NCBI RefSeq assembly: GCF_050920415.1
Contig: NZ_CP169309.1
Length of the DNA: 64,000 nucleotides
Strand: one strand, 5' to 3'
Origin: Escherichia coli
Lineage (GTDB): Bacteria > Pseudomonadota > Gammaproteobacteria > Enterobacterales > Enterobacteriaceae
The position numbers and the translations under genes were made by a program. Positions within the stretch are counted from its first letter, which is position 1. Each line of letters opens with the position of its first letter. Below, piece by piece: positions 10,349-20,414 of this stretch. The notes beneath the pieces are model-generated. The model was not told the DNA's origin and ran no database searches. It saw only the letters and a program-made list of their open reading frames with translations.

Positions 10349-12367
10349 TTAGACGGCAATAGCGATTAGCAGCACAACCAGTGCGGCGACCACATACAGG
10401 CAATAGAGACGAAAGTCGCCGCTTTGCAGATGCTGTATTTCTTTGGCCAGCCGTTGGGTGGCGCTCACGATGGGGCGGATCACCCGCTCATCCCAAAAGG
10501 GTTCTGTGCTCTGAGCCCTGGCGGTGATGTGCGCGAGACCTTTGTTCAGCCTCAGCGTAGGGTCGAGCTGTTGTCGTAGACGAAATAGCGCAGAAAAGAC
10601 CACACGCAGCGGCTGCATCACGCCATTGCCTGACGGGGCCATCGCATTTTCCCAGCCGTAGCCGCATGCCCAGGCATCTCCTGTGCGACGAAACGCTGCG
10701 CGGCGCGAACGACACCACAGCCAGTAAAGGCCAGGCAGCAAAGGCATCGCCAGTAGTAACAGCAACAGTAATGAGGGAGTGACCCGTGTATGAAACGTGC
10801 CGGGTACAAGTGCCATTCCGCTGGCGACAGTGACGGAAGGGGTATTGGTAAACGCATGGGCAATGTGCATTATCTTCGGTGCCAGCCAACTGGCACTAAG
10901 CGCAATGAATACGCAGAGTGCCGCGAGCAGTAGCATGGCGACGATCATCGTATTTGGCACTTCCTGTGCCTCTTCAGCGTGTGTACTGCGCGGCGCACCA
11001 CAGAAAGTAATGCCGTACATTTTGACGAAGCACATTACTGCCAGCCCACCAGTGACTGCCAGCATCACCATAGCAATAGGACCCGCAAGTTGTAGCGCTA
11101 CGGCTTCCACACGACTTAGTGAGAACAGCGACTGCCAGGTGTACCATTCGCTGATAAAACCATTCAGCGGAGGAATGGCTGATATCGCGAGGCAACCAAT
11201 CAGGCATGCTGCGGCTGTCCACGGCATCCGTTTTGCCAGTGCCCCCATTTTTTCCATGTCGTGGGTATGCAAACGCGAAATAATCGCACCCGCGCCGAGA
11301 AATAGCAGCCCTTTGAACAGCGCATGGTTGAGCAGATGAAACAGTGCGCCGAGCAGTCCAACCACGGTGAGCAGCGGGTCGTGCAGTGACAGACCGACCA
11401 TGGACACACCGACCGCCAGCAAAATAATGCCGACGTTTTCGACGGTACTCCAGGCCAGCAGCCGTTTGATATCCTGTTCCGCCAGCGCATACAGCACGCC
11501 CAGGAGCGCGGAGATTGCGCCGATCGCCATCACCAGAATGCCCCACCACAGCGGCAAACCCGTTTGCGCCAGCAGATCCATCGCCACTTTCAGGATGCCG
11601 AAAATACCGATTTTGACCATTACGCCAGACATCAACGCCGAAGCGTGCGATGGTGCGGCAGGGTGAGCGCGCGGCAACCAGCTGTGCAACGGCATCATCC
11701 CGGCTTTCGCGCCAAAACCGAAGAAGGCCAGCAGGAACACCGCCGACGCCAGCCCCGGAGAAAGTGAAAGCGTGCGGAAACTGGCAAAATCGAGGTTGCC
11801 GCTTTCGCGCCACATCAGCAAGAAGGCAATCATAATCAGCACCGATCCGGCGTGGGCGATAAAAAAGTAGAGCATGCCAGCGTTGATTGACGTTTTATCC
11901 TGCCTGGCAATGACCAGAAACCAGGAAGACAGCGACATCATTTCAAACAGCACGATGAACCAAAAAGCGTTGTCCATCACCAGCAGGGCAACCATCGATG
12001 CGATGAAAAGATTCATAAAGAAGCCCATCGCCGCCGCGCCTTTGCCCTCGTATTCGCGCATATAAGTCAATGAATAGAGCGAACAAACCACCACCAGCAA
12101 GGAGATAACCAGCACCATAAATGCCGAGAGGCTATCCATTCGCAGGGTTAAATCGGCAAAGTCAAAAGGCGTGGCAAAACGGGCGACTAAAGTTACGCCT
12201 GCATGTAATTGCGTAATTCCGCTGATGATGCCAATCGCGCCGCCCACCAGCGATGTGATGCCGGAAAGCTTAATAGCCAGTCTGTCCAGACCGAGTAAAA
12301 ACAGCGAAGCCAGACTGGCAAACAGATAGAGGATCAGCGACCAGGTTAATAATTGCAGGGCATCCAT
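10349..12367 (-). CDS. hyfB: Hydrogenase-4 membrane subunit (NuoL-like)
   Basis: 672-aa polytopic membrane ORF; stop overlaps hyfC start region. Confidence 0.9.
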   Translation of the reverse strand: MDALQLLTWSLILYLFASLASLFLLGLDRLAIKLSGITSLVGGAIGIISGITQLHAGVTLVARFATPFDFADLTLRMDSLSAFMVLVISLLVVVCSLYSLTYMREYEGKGAAAMGFFMNLFIASMVALLVMDNAFWFIVLFEMMSLSSWFLVIARQDKTSINAGMLYFFIAHAGSVLIMIAFLLMWRESGNLDFASFRTLSLSPGLASAVFLLAFFGFGAKAGMMPLHSWLPRAHPAAPSHASALMSGVMVKIGIFGILKVAMDLLAQTGLPLWWGILVMAIGAISALLGVLYALAEQDIKRLLAWSTVENVGIILLAVGVSMVGLSLHDPLLTVVGLLGALFHLLNHALFKGLLFLGAGAIISRLHTHDMEKMGALAKRMPWTAAACLIGCLAISAIPPLNGFISEWYTWQSLFSLSRVEAVALQLAGPIAMVMLAVTGGLAVMCFVKMYGITFCGAPRSTHAEEAQEVPNTMIVAMLLLAALCVFIALSASWLAPKIMHIAHAFTNTPSVTVASGMALVPGTFHTRVTPSLLLLLLLAMPLLPGLYWLWCRSRRAAFRRTGDAWACGYGWENAMAPSGNGVMQPLRVVFSALFRLRQQLDPTLRLNKGLAHITARAQSTEPFWDERVIRPIVSATQRLAKEIQHLQSGDFRLYCLYVVAALVVLLIAIAV

Positions 12368-12984
12368 TAGCGTTGCTCCTGAGTGAGGGAAAGGGGATCC
12401 TCCCCGCCATTGGCAAACCAGCTTGCGGCAAGGCGCTGTTTTTCTTTCATCTGACGTTGCAGGCTATCGTCGGTGATCAGCCGTAACGCATGATTCGGGC
12501 AAGCGCGAACGCAGGCCGGACCTTCTGGCAAGAAATCACACAGGTCGCATTTCACCGCGACGCTCTGGACACCCGGTTCCCAGCGCAGCAAAGCATGTTG
12601 GGTCGGCGCGTTTTCTTCGCCGTCTTTGAGTGAGCCGTCAGCCTGAAAAACATATTGCGCAGGGGCATTCACCGGACGGCTTCCTGAAGCGCTGATTGCG
12701 CCAAATGGGCAGACCACGGCGCAAAGCTTGCAGCCAATACAGAGGCTTTCGTTGAGTTGGATCGCATCATCTCTCTGGGAGATGGCATTGACCGGGCAGA
12801 CCTGCAGGCAAGGGGCTTCCTCACAGTGATGACACACGACAGGGGCAGTGAGTGTTGACGTCTTCGCCAGGGCCAGGCGCGGGTGTTGCTGTAAACCTTG
12901 CGTTTTATGCACGTCCGAACAGGCAGCGAGACAGGTATTACATCCTGTACACCACAGTGGTTCGGCCACCACAAAGCGGTTCAT
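12367..12984 (-). CDS. hyfA: Hydrogenase-4 Fe-S subunit (HycB-like, 4x 4Fe-4S)
   Basis: Start at Met of MNRFVVAEPLWCTGCNTC (205 aa) preceded by AAGGAG SD 5 nt upstream; multiple CxxCxxCxxxC motifs. Confidence 0.9.
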   Translation of the reverse strand: MNRFVVAEPLWCTGCNTCLAACSDVHKTQGLQQHPRLALAKTSTLTAPVVCHHCEEAPCLQVCPVNAISQRDDAIQLNESLCIGCKLCAVVCPFGAISASGSRPVNAPAQYVFQADGSLKDGEENAPTQHALLRWEPGVQSVAVKCDLCDFLPEGPACVRACPNHALRLITDDSLQRQMKEKQRLAASWFANGGEDPLSLTQEQR

Positions 12985-13025
12985 GTCGGCTCCTTGAAAA
13001 TGATATGAAACATTGCATTTCATAT

Positions 13026-13041
13026 TGCATAAAGGATGCCA
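13026..13041 (-). promoter_or_regulatory. Sigma-54 (-24/-12) promoter of hyf operon
   Basis: Minus-strand reads TGGCAT-CCTTT-ATGCA (consensus TGGCAC-N5-TTGCA) about 40 bp upstream of the hyfA ATG; consistent with the HyfR/FhlA-dependent hyf promoter. Confidence 0.65.
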
Positions 13042-13236
13042 GTCTGATTAATTTAATATATTCAATAAGTTATGTATTAACTGGATTCTGAACGGTACAA
13101 AAATGATGGTCATTAACGTTCAGCAATAAATGGATTCGACACCCGTGTCGCAGGGGAAAGCGAGAATGTGATCTTGATCACGAGAAGTGAGGTGTGCTGG
13201 CCGCAAGCGCAGCCAGCACTGAATGGAGCAAAGTAA

Positions 13237-13707
13237 TCAGGCGTGTTCTTTCAGCCAGTTCAGCACAACGTCGTGGTGATTGCTGGTTTTGAAATCGTCA
13301 AAGACATGTTCGATTTTGCCATCAGCGTCAATCAGGAAGCTGATGCGATGAATACCATCGTAGGTTTTGCCCATGAAGGACTTTTCACCCCAGACGCCGA
13401 ATTGTTCGCACACCTGGTGGTCCTCATCAGACAGGAGCGTAAAGTTAAGCAGCTCTTTTTCCGCAAAACGGGAGAGTTTTTCGGGTTTATCGGTGCTGAT
13501 ACCCAGCACATCAACGCCCGCTTTTTTCAATTCATCCATGTTATCGCGTAAGCCGCAGGCCTGTACGGTACAGCCGGGAGTCATGGCTTTTGGGTAAAAA
13601 TAAACCAGAACACGCTGTCCCTGGAAGTCGGTCAAATTAACTTGTTCTCCGTCTTGATCCGGCAAGCTAAATTTCGGTGCGATATCACCGGCTTTCAGTG
13701 GATTCAT
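13237..13707 (-). CDS. bcp: Thiol peroxidase / bacterioferritin comigratory protein (peroxiredoxin)
   Basis: 156-aa ORF; peroxiredoxin active-site motif PGCT. Confidence 0.95.
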   Translation of the reverse strand: MNPLKAGDIAPKFSLPDQDGEQVNLTDFQGQRVLVYFYPKAMTPGCTVQACGLRDNMDELKKAGVDVLGISTDKPEKLSRFAEKELLNFTLLSDEDHQVCEQFGVWGEKSFMGKTYDGIHRISFLIDADGKIEHVFDDFKTSNHHDVVLNWLKEHA

Positions 13708-14279
13708 TACTTAACTCCATCCTGTTCATCATGTGGGGAATAATTGACGACGTTTATACTGCCTTGTGCATTGAGTTCTGTACATAGGGCTTTAAACGCT
13801 TGCTCAATATTTGCTGCATCCGCAGAGGCGGGACTGTGGGCGGTTATCTGAATATGCAACTGTGCAGCCCGTTCATTTTCAGCAGGTTGCGTGCGCGACA
13901 CCAGCTCCGCAATGTTCATATGGTGCGCGTCGAAAAGTGCCGTGAAGCGTTCAATTAAATGCGGGGAGTCTGCCACATCGACCTGAACCCAGACAGATGC
14001 TGGCATTGGCGGACGCGGACGCGCCGTCGTGCGCTTCATCACGATTAAAAGATCCAGTTCGGCACCTTTCAACGGTAACGTTGATTCAATCAGAGTAATG
14101 GCATTCCATGAACCGGAAAGCAGCATGATAAACGTGAACTCTTCTCCCAGCATCGCCAGGCGACTGTCTTCAATATTACAGCCGCAACTACTGACATGAC
14201 GGGTGATGGTGTTCACAATTCCAGGGCGATCGGCACCCAACGCAGTGATCACCAGATAATGTTGCGATGACAGTGTCAA
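13707..14279 (-). CDS. gcvR: Glycine cleavage system transcriptional repressor
   Basis: ORF 212 aa; recognised GcvR sequence (TLSSQHYLVITALGADRPGIV...) begins at an apparent TTG start at 14279, giving 190 aa. Confidence 0.85.
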   Translation of the reverse strand: MTLSSQHYLVITALGADRPGIVNTITRHVSSCGCNIEDSRLAMLGEEFTFIMLLSGSWNAITLIESTLPLKGAELDLLIVMKRTTARPRPPMPASVWVQVDVADSPHLIERFTALFDAHHMNIAELVSRTQPAENERAAQLHIQITAHSPASADAANIEQAFKALCTELNAQGSINVVNYSPHDEQDGVK

Positions 14280-14424
14280 ACTGGTTATTCCTTTAAGGGG
14301 TGAGTTGTTCTTAAGGAAAGCATAAAAAAAACATGCATACAACAATCAGAACGGTTCTGTCTGCTTGCTTTTAATGCCTTACCAAACGTACCATTGAGAC
14401 ACTTGTTTGCACAGAGGATGGCCC

Positions 14425-15303
14425 ATGTTCACGGGAAGTATTGTCGCGATTGTTACTCCGATGGATGAAAAAGGTAATGTCTGTCGGGCTAGCTTGAAAA
14501 AACTGATTGATTATCATGTCGCCAGCGGTACTTCGGCGATCGTTTCTGTTGGCACCACTGGCGAGTCCGCTACCTTAAATCATGACGAACATGCTGATGT
14601 GGTGATGATGACGCTGGAGCTGGCTGACGGGCGCATTCCGGTAATTGCAGGGACCGGCGCTAACGCTACTGCGGAAGCCATTAGCCTGACGCAGCGCTTC
14701 AATGACAGTGGTATCGTCGGCTGTCTGACGGTAACCCCTTACTATAATCGTCCGTCGCAAGAAGGTTTGTATCAGCATTTCAAAGCCATCGCTGAACATA
14801 CTGACCTGCCACAAATTCTGTATAATGTGCCGTCCCGTACTGGTTGCGATCTGCTCCCGGAAACGGTGGGCCGTCTGGCGAAAGTAAAAAATATTATCGG
14901 AATCAAAGAGGCTACAGGGAACTTAACGCGTGTAAACCAGATCAAAGAGCTGGTTTCAGATGATTTTGTTCTGCTGAGCGGCGATGATGCGAGCGCGCTG
15001 GACTTCATGCAATTAGGCGGTCATGGGGTTATTTCCGTTACGGCTAACGTCGCAGCGCGTGATATGGCCCAGATGTGCAAACTGGCGGCAGAAGGGCATT
15101 TTGCCGAGGCACGCGTTATTAATCAGCGTCTGATGCCATTACACAACAAACTATTTGTCGAACCCAATCCAATCCCGGTGAAATGGGCATGTAAGGAATT
15201 GGGTCTTGTGGCGACCGATACGCTGCGCCTGCCAATGACTCCAATCACCGACAGTGGTCGTGAGACGGTCAGAGCGGCGCTTAAGCATGCCGGTTTGCTG
15301 TAA
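14425..15303 (+). CDS. dapA: 4-hydroxy-tetrahydrodipicolinate synthase
   Basis: Starts [17 protein letters not shown]; 292 aa; recognised DapA sequence. Confidence 0.95.
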   Translation: MFTGSIVAIVTPMDEKGNVCRASLKKLIDYHVASGTSAIVSVGTTGESATLNHDEHADVVMMTLELADGRIPVIAGTGANATAEAISLTQRFNDSGIVGCLTVTPYYNRPSQEGLYQHFKAIAEHTDLPQILYNVPSRTGCDLLPETVGRLAKVKNIIGIKEATGNLTRVNQIKELVSDDFVLLSGDDASALDFMQLGGHGVISVTANVAARDMAQMCKLAAEGHFAEARVINQRLMPLHNKLFVEPNPIPVKWACKELGLVATDTLRLPMTPITDSGRETVRAALKHAGLL

Positions 15304-15319
15304 AGTTTAGGGAGATTTG

Positions 15320-16354
15320 ATGGCTTACTCTGTTCAAAAGTCGCGCCTGGCAAAGGTTGCGGGTGTTTCGCTTGTTTTATTACTCGCAGCCTGTAGTTCT
15401 GACTCACGCTATAAGCGTCAGGTCAGTGGTGATGAAGCCTACCTGGAAGCGGCACCGCTTGCGGAGCTTCATGCCCCGGCTGGAATGATTTTGCCGGTGA
15501 CCTCCGGTGATTATGCAATCCCGGTGACCAACGGTAGTGGTGCTGTCGGTAAGGCGCTGGACATTCGTCCACCAGCCCAGCCGCTGGCACTGGTTTCTGG
15601 CGCGCGTACCCAGTTCACGGGCGATACCGCTTCATTGCTGGTGGAAAATGGTCGTGGCAATACTCTGTGGCCGCAGGTGGTTAGCGTGCTGCAGGCGAAA
15701 AACTACACCATCACCCAACGTGATGATGCGGGTCAGACGCTGACCACCGATTGGGTACAATGGAACCGTCTGGACGAAGACGAGCAGTATCGTGGTCGTT
15801 ATCAAATCTCTGTTAAGCCGCAGGGTTATCAGCAGGCGGTTACGGTTAAACTGCTGAACCTGGAACAGGCGGGCAAACCGGTTGCAGACGCGGCTTCCAT
15901 GCAGCGTTACAGCACGGAGATGATGAACGTTATTTCCGCCGGTCTGGATAAATCTGCCACTGACGCCGCGAACGCTGCGCAAAATCGTGCCTCCACCACT
16001 ATGGACGTACAAAGTGCAGCTGATGACACCGGTTTACCGATGCTGGTCGTACGCGGGCCGTTCAATGTGGTTTGGCAACGTCTGCCAGCGGCGCTGGAAA
16101 AAGTGGGCATGAAAGTGACCGACAGCACCCGTTCGCAGGGCAACATGGCCGTAACTTACAAGCCGCTGTCTGACAGCGACTGGCAGGAACTGGGCGCGAG
16201 CGATCCAGGCCTGGCATCCGGTGACTATAAACTGCAGGTTGGCGATTTAGATAACCGCAGCAGCCTACAGTTCATCGATCCGAAAGGTCATACTCTGACT
16301 CAGAGTCAGAACGACGCGCTGGTAGCTGTCTTCCAGGCTGCGTTTAGCAAGTAA
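15320..16354 (+). CDS. bamC: Outer-membrane protein assembly lipoprotein BamC (NlpB)
   Basis: Starts [27 protein letters not shown] (lipobox); 344 aa. Confidence 0.95.
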
Positions 16355-16362
16355 AAATACAG

Positions 16363-16388
16363 GGCTGGAGTCATCCGGCCCTTTTTTC
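16363..16388 (+). terminator. Rho-independent terminator after dapA-bamC
   Basis: Hairpin GGCTGGA-gtca-TCCGGCC followed by CTTTTTTC. Confidence 0.55.
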
Positions 16389-16397
16389 TGATATGAT

Positions 16398-16413
16398 ACG
16401 CAAACGTGTGCGT
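16398..16413. promoter_or_regulatory. PurR operator (PUR box) upstream of purC
   Basis: ACGCAAACGTGTGCGT matches the 16-bp palindromic PurR box consensus ACGCAAACGTTTGCGT. Confidence 0.7.
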
Positions 16414-16459
16414 CGGCAGAAAAATGCGATTTTGGCGGTAATTCGCACGAAATTTGTTT

Positions 16460-16500
16460 GTCGGACGTAGGGCGGATAAGGCGTTCTTGCCGCATCCGAC
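16460..16500. repeat. REP (repetitive extragenic palindromic) element
   Basis: GTCGGACGTAGGGCGGATAAGGCGTTCTTGCCGCATCCGAC, typical E. coli REP palindrome. Confidence 0.7.
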
Positions 16501-16566
16501 AAAACATCCGGCACACCAGACAGCAAAAGATTTTAAAACGTTAATTCACACCCAGGAGTGATAAAG

Positions 16567-17280
16567 ATGCAAAAGCAAGCTGAGTTGTATCGTGGTAAAG
16601 CGAAAACCGTATACAGCACGGAAAACCCGGACCTGTTGGTGCTCGAATTCCGCAATGATACGTCAGCAGGGGATGGCGCGCGCATTGAGCAGTTTGATCG
16701 CAAAGGTATGGTGAACAACAAGTTCAACTACTTCATTATGAGCAAACTGGCTGAAGCGGGTATCCCGACTCAAATGGAGCGTCTGCTCTCCGATACCGAA
16801 TGTCTGGTGAAAAAGCTGGATATGGTGCCGGTTGAGTGTGTCGTGCGTAACCGTGCTGCTGGCTCTCTGGTGAAACGTCTTGGAATCGAAGAAGGTATTG
16901 AGCTGAACCCGCCGCTGTTCGATCTGTTCCTGAAAAACGACGCCATGCACGATCCGATGGTCAACGAATCTTACTGCGAAACCTTTGGCTGGGTGAGCAA
17001 AGAGAATCTGGCGCGTATGAAAGAGCTAACCTACAAAGCGAACGACGTGCTGAAAAAACTGTTCGATGATGCTGGTCTCATTCTGGTCGACTTCAAGCTG
17101 GAGTTTGGTCTGTACAAAGGCGAAGTGGTTCTGGGCGATGAGTTCTCCCCGGACGGCAGCCGCCTGTGGGACAAAGAAACGCTGGAGAAAATGGATAAAG
17201 ACCGTTTCCGCCAGAGCCTCGGTGGCCTGATCGAAGCCTATGAAGCCGTTGCCCGCCGCCTGGGTGTACAGCTGGACTGA
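16567..17280 (+). CDS. purC: Phosphoribosylaminoimidazole-succinocarboxamide synthase
   Basis: Starts [31 protein letters not shown]; 237 aa. Confidence 0.95.
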
Positions 17281-17447
17281 TTTTTCTATTCATCATCTTG
17301 CCGTGCTGCTGGCACGGCAAGACAACCGCGCTCATAAGATGTGCATTGAACGCTCATTCCTCCGCCATTTCATTCCGCTTTCCTGTGGTAATCTTCCTCT
17401 GAACCACCTACGATCATTTCTATAATGAATATATTGTTGAGGTATCT

Positions 17448-18311
17448 ATGCGTTGGCAAGGGCGACGTGAAAGTGACAATGTTGAAGACAGGCGCAATAG
17501 CTCCGGTGGTCCGTCAATGGGCGGTCCCGGTTTCCGTCTGCCAAGCGGTAAAGGCGGGCTGATTTTACTGATAGTCGTGCTGGTTGCAGGCTACTATGGC
17601 GTTGATTTAACTGGGTTGATGACCGGACAGCCGGTTTCCCAACAGCAATCAACGCGGTCAATTAGCCCAAATGAAGACGAAGCCGCAAAATTCACCTCGG
17701 TGATTCTGGCAACCACCGAAGACACCTGGGGACAGCAGTTCGAGAAGATGGGTAAGACCTATCAGCAACCGAAGCTGGTCATGTACCGTGGAATGACGCG
17801 CACCGGCTGCGGGGCGGGCCAGTCCATTATGGGGCCGTTCTATTGCCCGGCGGATGGCACGGTTTATATCGATCTCTCCTTCTATGATGACATGAAAGAC
17901 AAACTTGGCGCGGATGGCGATTTTGCCCAGGGGTACGTTATCGCCCATGAAGTCGGTCATCATGTGCAGAAACTGTTAGGCATCGAGCCGAAAGTCCGTC
18001 AACTGCAACAAAACGCGACGCAGGCGGAAGTGAACCGCTTATCTGTACGTATGGAACTCCAGGCCGACTGTTTTGCCGGTGTCTGGGGGCATAGCATGCA
18101 GCAGCAAGGCGTTCTGGAAACCGGCGATCTGGAAGAAGCGCTGAACGCGGCGCAGGCCATCGGCGATGACCGTTTACAGCAGCAAAGTCAGGGGCGAGTC
18201 GTACCAGACAGTTTCACTCATGGCACTTCTCAGCAACGCTACAGCTGGTTTAAACGTGGTTTCGACAGCGGCGATCCGGCACAATGCAATACTTTTGGTA
18301 AAAGCATTTAA
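17448..18311 (+). CDS. ypfJ: Predicted zinc metalloprotease (neutral zinc metallopeptidase family)
   Basis: 287-aa ORF with HEVGHH zinc-binding motif and N-terminal TM segment. Confidence 0.9.
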
Positions 18312-18325
18312 CTTTCGGGGCAGGG

Positions 18326-20341
18326 ATGGCTGAACTGACTGCGCTTCACCCATTAACAGCGCAAATGAAACGTGAAGGGATCCGCCGCTTGCTGGTGTTG
18401 AGCGGGGAAGAACGTTGGTGCTTTAACCTTGCGCTTAAGTTGAGTGATGCCTTACCTGGCGACTGGTTGTGGGTTTCGCCGCAGCCAGTCGCTGAAAACC
18501 ACTGTACTCCCTCGGCGCTACAAACTTTACTTGGACGCGAATTCCGGCATGCGATATTCGACGCCCGCCAGGGCTTTGATGCCGCTGCCTTTGCTGCACT
18601 TAGCGGAACGTTGAAAGCCGGAAGCTGGCTGGTGTTGTTACTCCCTGTATGGGAAGAGTGGGAAAACCAACCTGATGCCGACTCGCTGCGCTGGAGTGAT
18701 TGCCCTGACCCTATTGCGACGCCGCATTTTGTCCGGCACCTCAAACGCGTACTTACGGCGGATCACGATGCTATCCTCTGGCGGCAAAACCAGCAGTTCA
18801 CGTTGACGCATTTTATTCCCCGTACTGACTGGCAACCCGCGACCGGCGCACCACAACCAGAACAACAGCAACTCTTACAGCAGCTACTCACCATGCCGCC
18901 GGGTGTGTCAGCGGTAACTGCTGCGCGTGGGCGCGGTAAGTCGGCGCTGGCAGGGCAACTCATTTCTCGTATTGCGGGCAGTGCGATTGTCACCGCGCCT
19001 GCAAAAGCGGCAACGGATGTACTGGCACAATTTGCGGGCGAAAAGTTTCGCTTTATTGCGCCGGATGCCTTGTTAGCCAGCGATGAGCAAGCCGACTGGC
19101 TGGTGGTCGATGAAGCCGCAGCCATACCTGCGCCGTTGTTGCATCAACTGGTATCGCGTTTTCCTCGAACGTTGTTAACCACTACGGTACAGGGCTACGA
19201 AGGTACCGGACGTGGTTTTTTGCTGAAATTTTGTGCGCGTTTCCCGCATTTACACCGTTTCGAATTGCAACAGCCGATCCGCTGGGCGCAGGGATGCCCG
19301 CTGGAAAAAATGGTCAGCGAGGCACTGGTTTTTGACGATGAAAACTTCACCCATACACCACAAGGCAATATCGTCATTTCCGCTTTTGAACAGACCTTAT
19401 GGCGAAGCGATCCGGATACACCGTTAAAGGTATATCAGCTATTGTCTGGCGCGCACTACCGGACCTCGCCGCTGGATTTACGCCGCATGATGGATGCACC
19501 TGGGCAACATTTTTTCCAGGCGGCTTGTGAAAACGAGATCGCCGGGGCGCTGTGGCTGGTGGATGAGGGCGGATTATCTCAAGAACTCAGCCAGGCGGTA
19601 TGGGCAGGTTTTCGTCGCCCGCGCGGTAATCTGGTAGCCCAGTCGCTGGCGGCGCACGGCAGCAATCCACAGGCAGCGACATTGCGCGGACGGCGGGTCA
19701 GCAGGATAGCAGTTCATCCAGCTCGTCAGCGTGAAGGCATTGGGCAACAGCTTATTGCCCGTGCTTTAAATTATACGCATGACCTCGACTATCTTTCGGT
19801 GAGTTTTGGCTACACCGCGGAGTTATGGCGTTTCTGGCAACGCTGCGGTTTTGTGCTGGTGCGAATGGGTAATCATCGTGAAGCCAGCAGCGGTTGCTAT
19901 ACGGCGATGGCACTGTTACCGATGAGTGATGCGGGTAAACAGCTGGCTGAACGTGAGCATTACCGTTTACGTCGCGATGTGCATGCTCTCACGCAGTGGA
20001 ATGGCGAAACGCTCCCCGTCGATCCACGAAATGATGCCGTCCTTTCTAAGGACGACTGGCTTGAACTGGCCGGTTTTGCTTTTGCTCATCGTCCGCTATT
20101 AACGTCGTTAGGTTGCTTAACGCGTCTGCTACAAACCAGTGAACTGGCATTACCGGCGCTGCGTGGTCGTTTACAGAAAAACGCCATTGACGCGCAGTTA
20201 TGTACCACACTTAAACTTTCAGGCCGCAAGATGTTACTGGCCCGTCAGCGAGAGGAGGCCGCGCAGGCGCTGTTCGCACTTGATAATGTTCGCACTGAGC
20301 GTCTGCGCGATCGCATAACGCAATGGCAATTTTTTCACTGA
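18326..20341 (+). CDS. tmcA: tRNA(Met) cytidine acetyltransferase
   Basis: 671-aa ORF; P-loop (GRGKS) helicase-like domain plus GNAT acetyltransferase domain. Confidence 0.9.
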   Translation: MAELTALHPLTAQMKREGIRRLLVLSGEERWCFNLALKLSDALPGDWLWVSPQPVAENHCTPSALQTLLGREFRHAIFDARQGFDAAAFAALSGTLKAGSWLVLLLPVWEEWENQPDADSLRWSDCPDPIATPHFVRHLKRVLTADHDAILWRQNQQFTLTHFIPRTDWQPATGAPQPEQQQLLQQLLTMPPGVSAVTAARGRGKSALAGQLISRIAGSAIVTAPAKAATDVLAQFAGEKFRFIAPDALLASDEQADWLVVDEAAAIPAPLLHQLVSRFPRTLLTTTVQGYEGTGRGFLLKFCARFPHLHRFELQQPIRWAQGCPLEKMVSEALVFDDENFTHTPQGNIVISAFEQTLWRSDPDTPLKVYQLLSGAHYRTSPLDLRRMMDAPGQHFFQAACENEIAGALWLVDEGGLSQELSQAVWAGFRRPRGNLVAQSLAAHGSNPQAATLRGRRVSRIAVHPARQREGIGQQLIARALNYTHDLDYLSVSFGYTAELWRFWQRCGFVLVRMGNHREASSGCYTAMALLPMSDAGKQLAEREHYRLRRDVHALTQWNGETLPVDPRNDAVLSKDDWLELAGFAFAHRPLLTSLGCLTRLLQTSELALPALRGRLQKNAIDAQLCTTLKLSGRKMLLARQREEAAQALFALDNVRTERLRDRITQWQFFH

Positions 20342-20414
20342 CTCCTTCAATTTTCTCCCATGGTCATTGTGAGTCAGCGGCGTAAAATTAATGACATCAG
20401 TTAAGGAGTTCGCC

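Noticed and set aside
10974-11813. 279-aa minus-strand ORF inside hyfB in a different frame
   Set aside because: Arg/Gly/Ala-rich low-complexity translation typical of an out-of-frame read of GC-rich coding DNA; hyfB in the other frame is full length.
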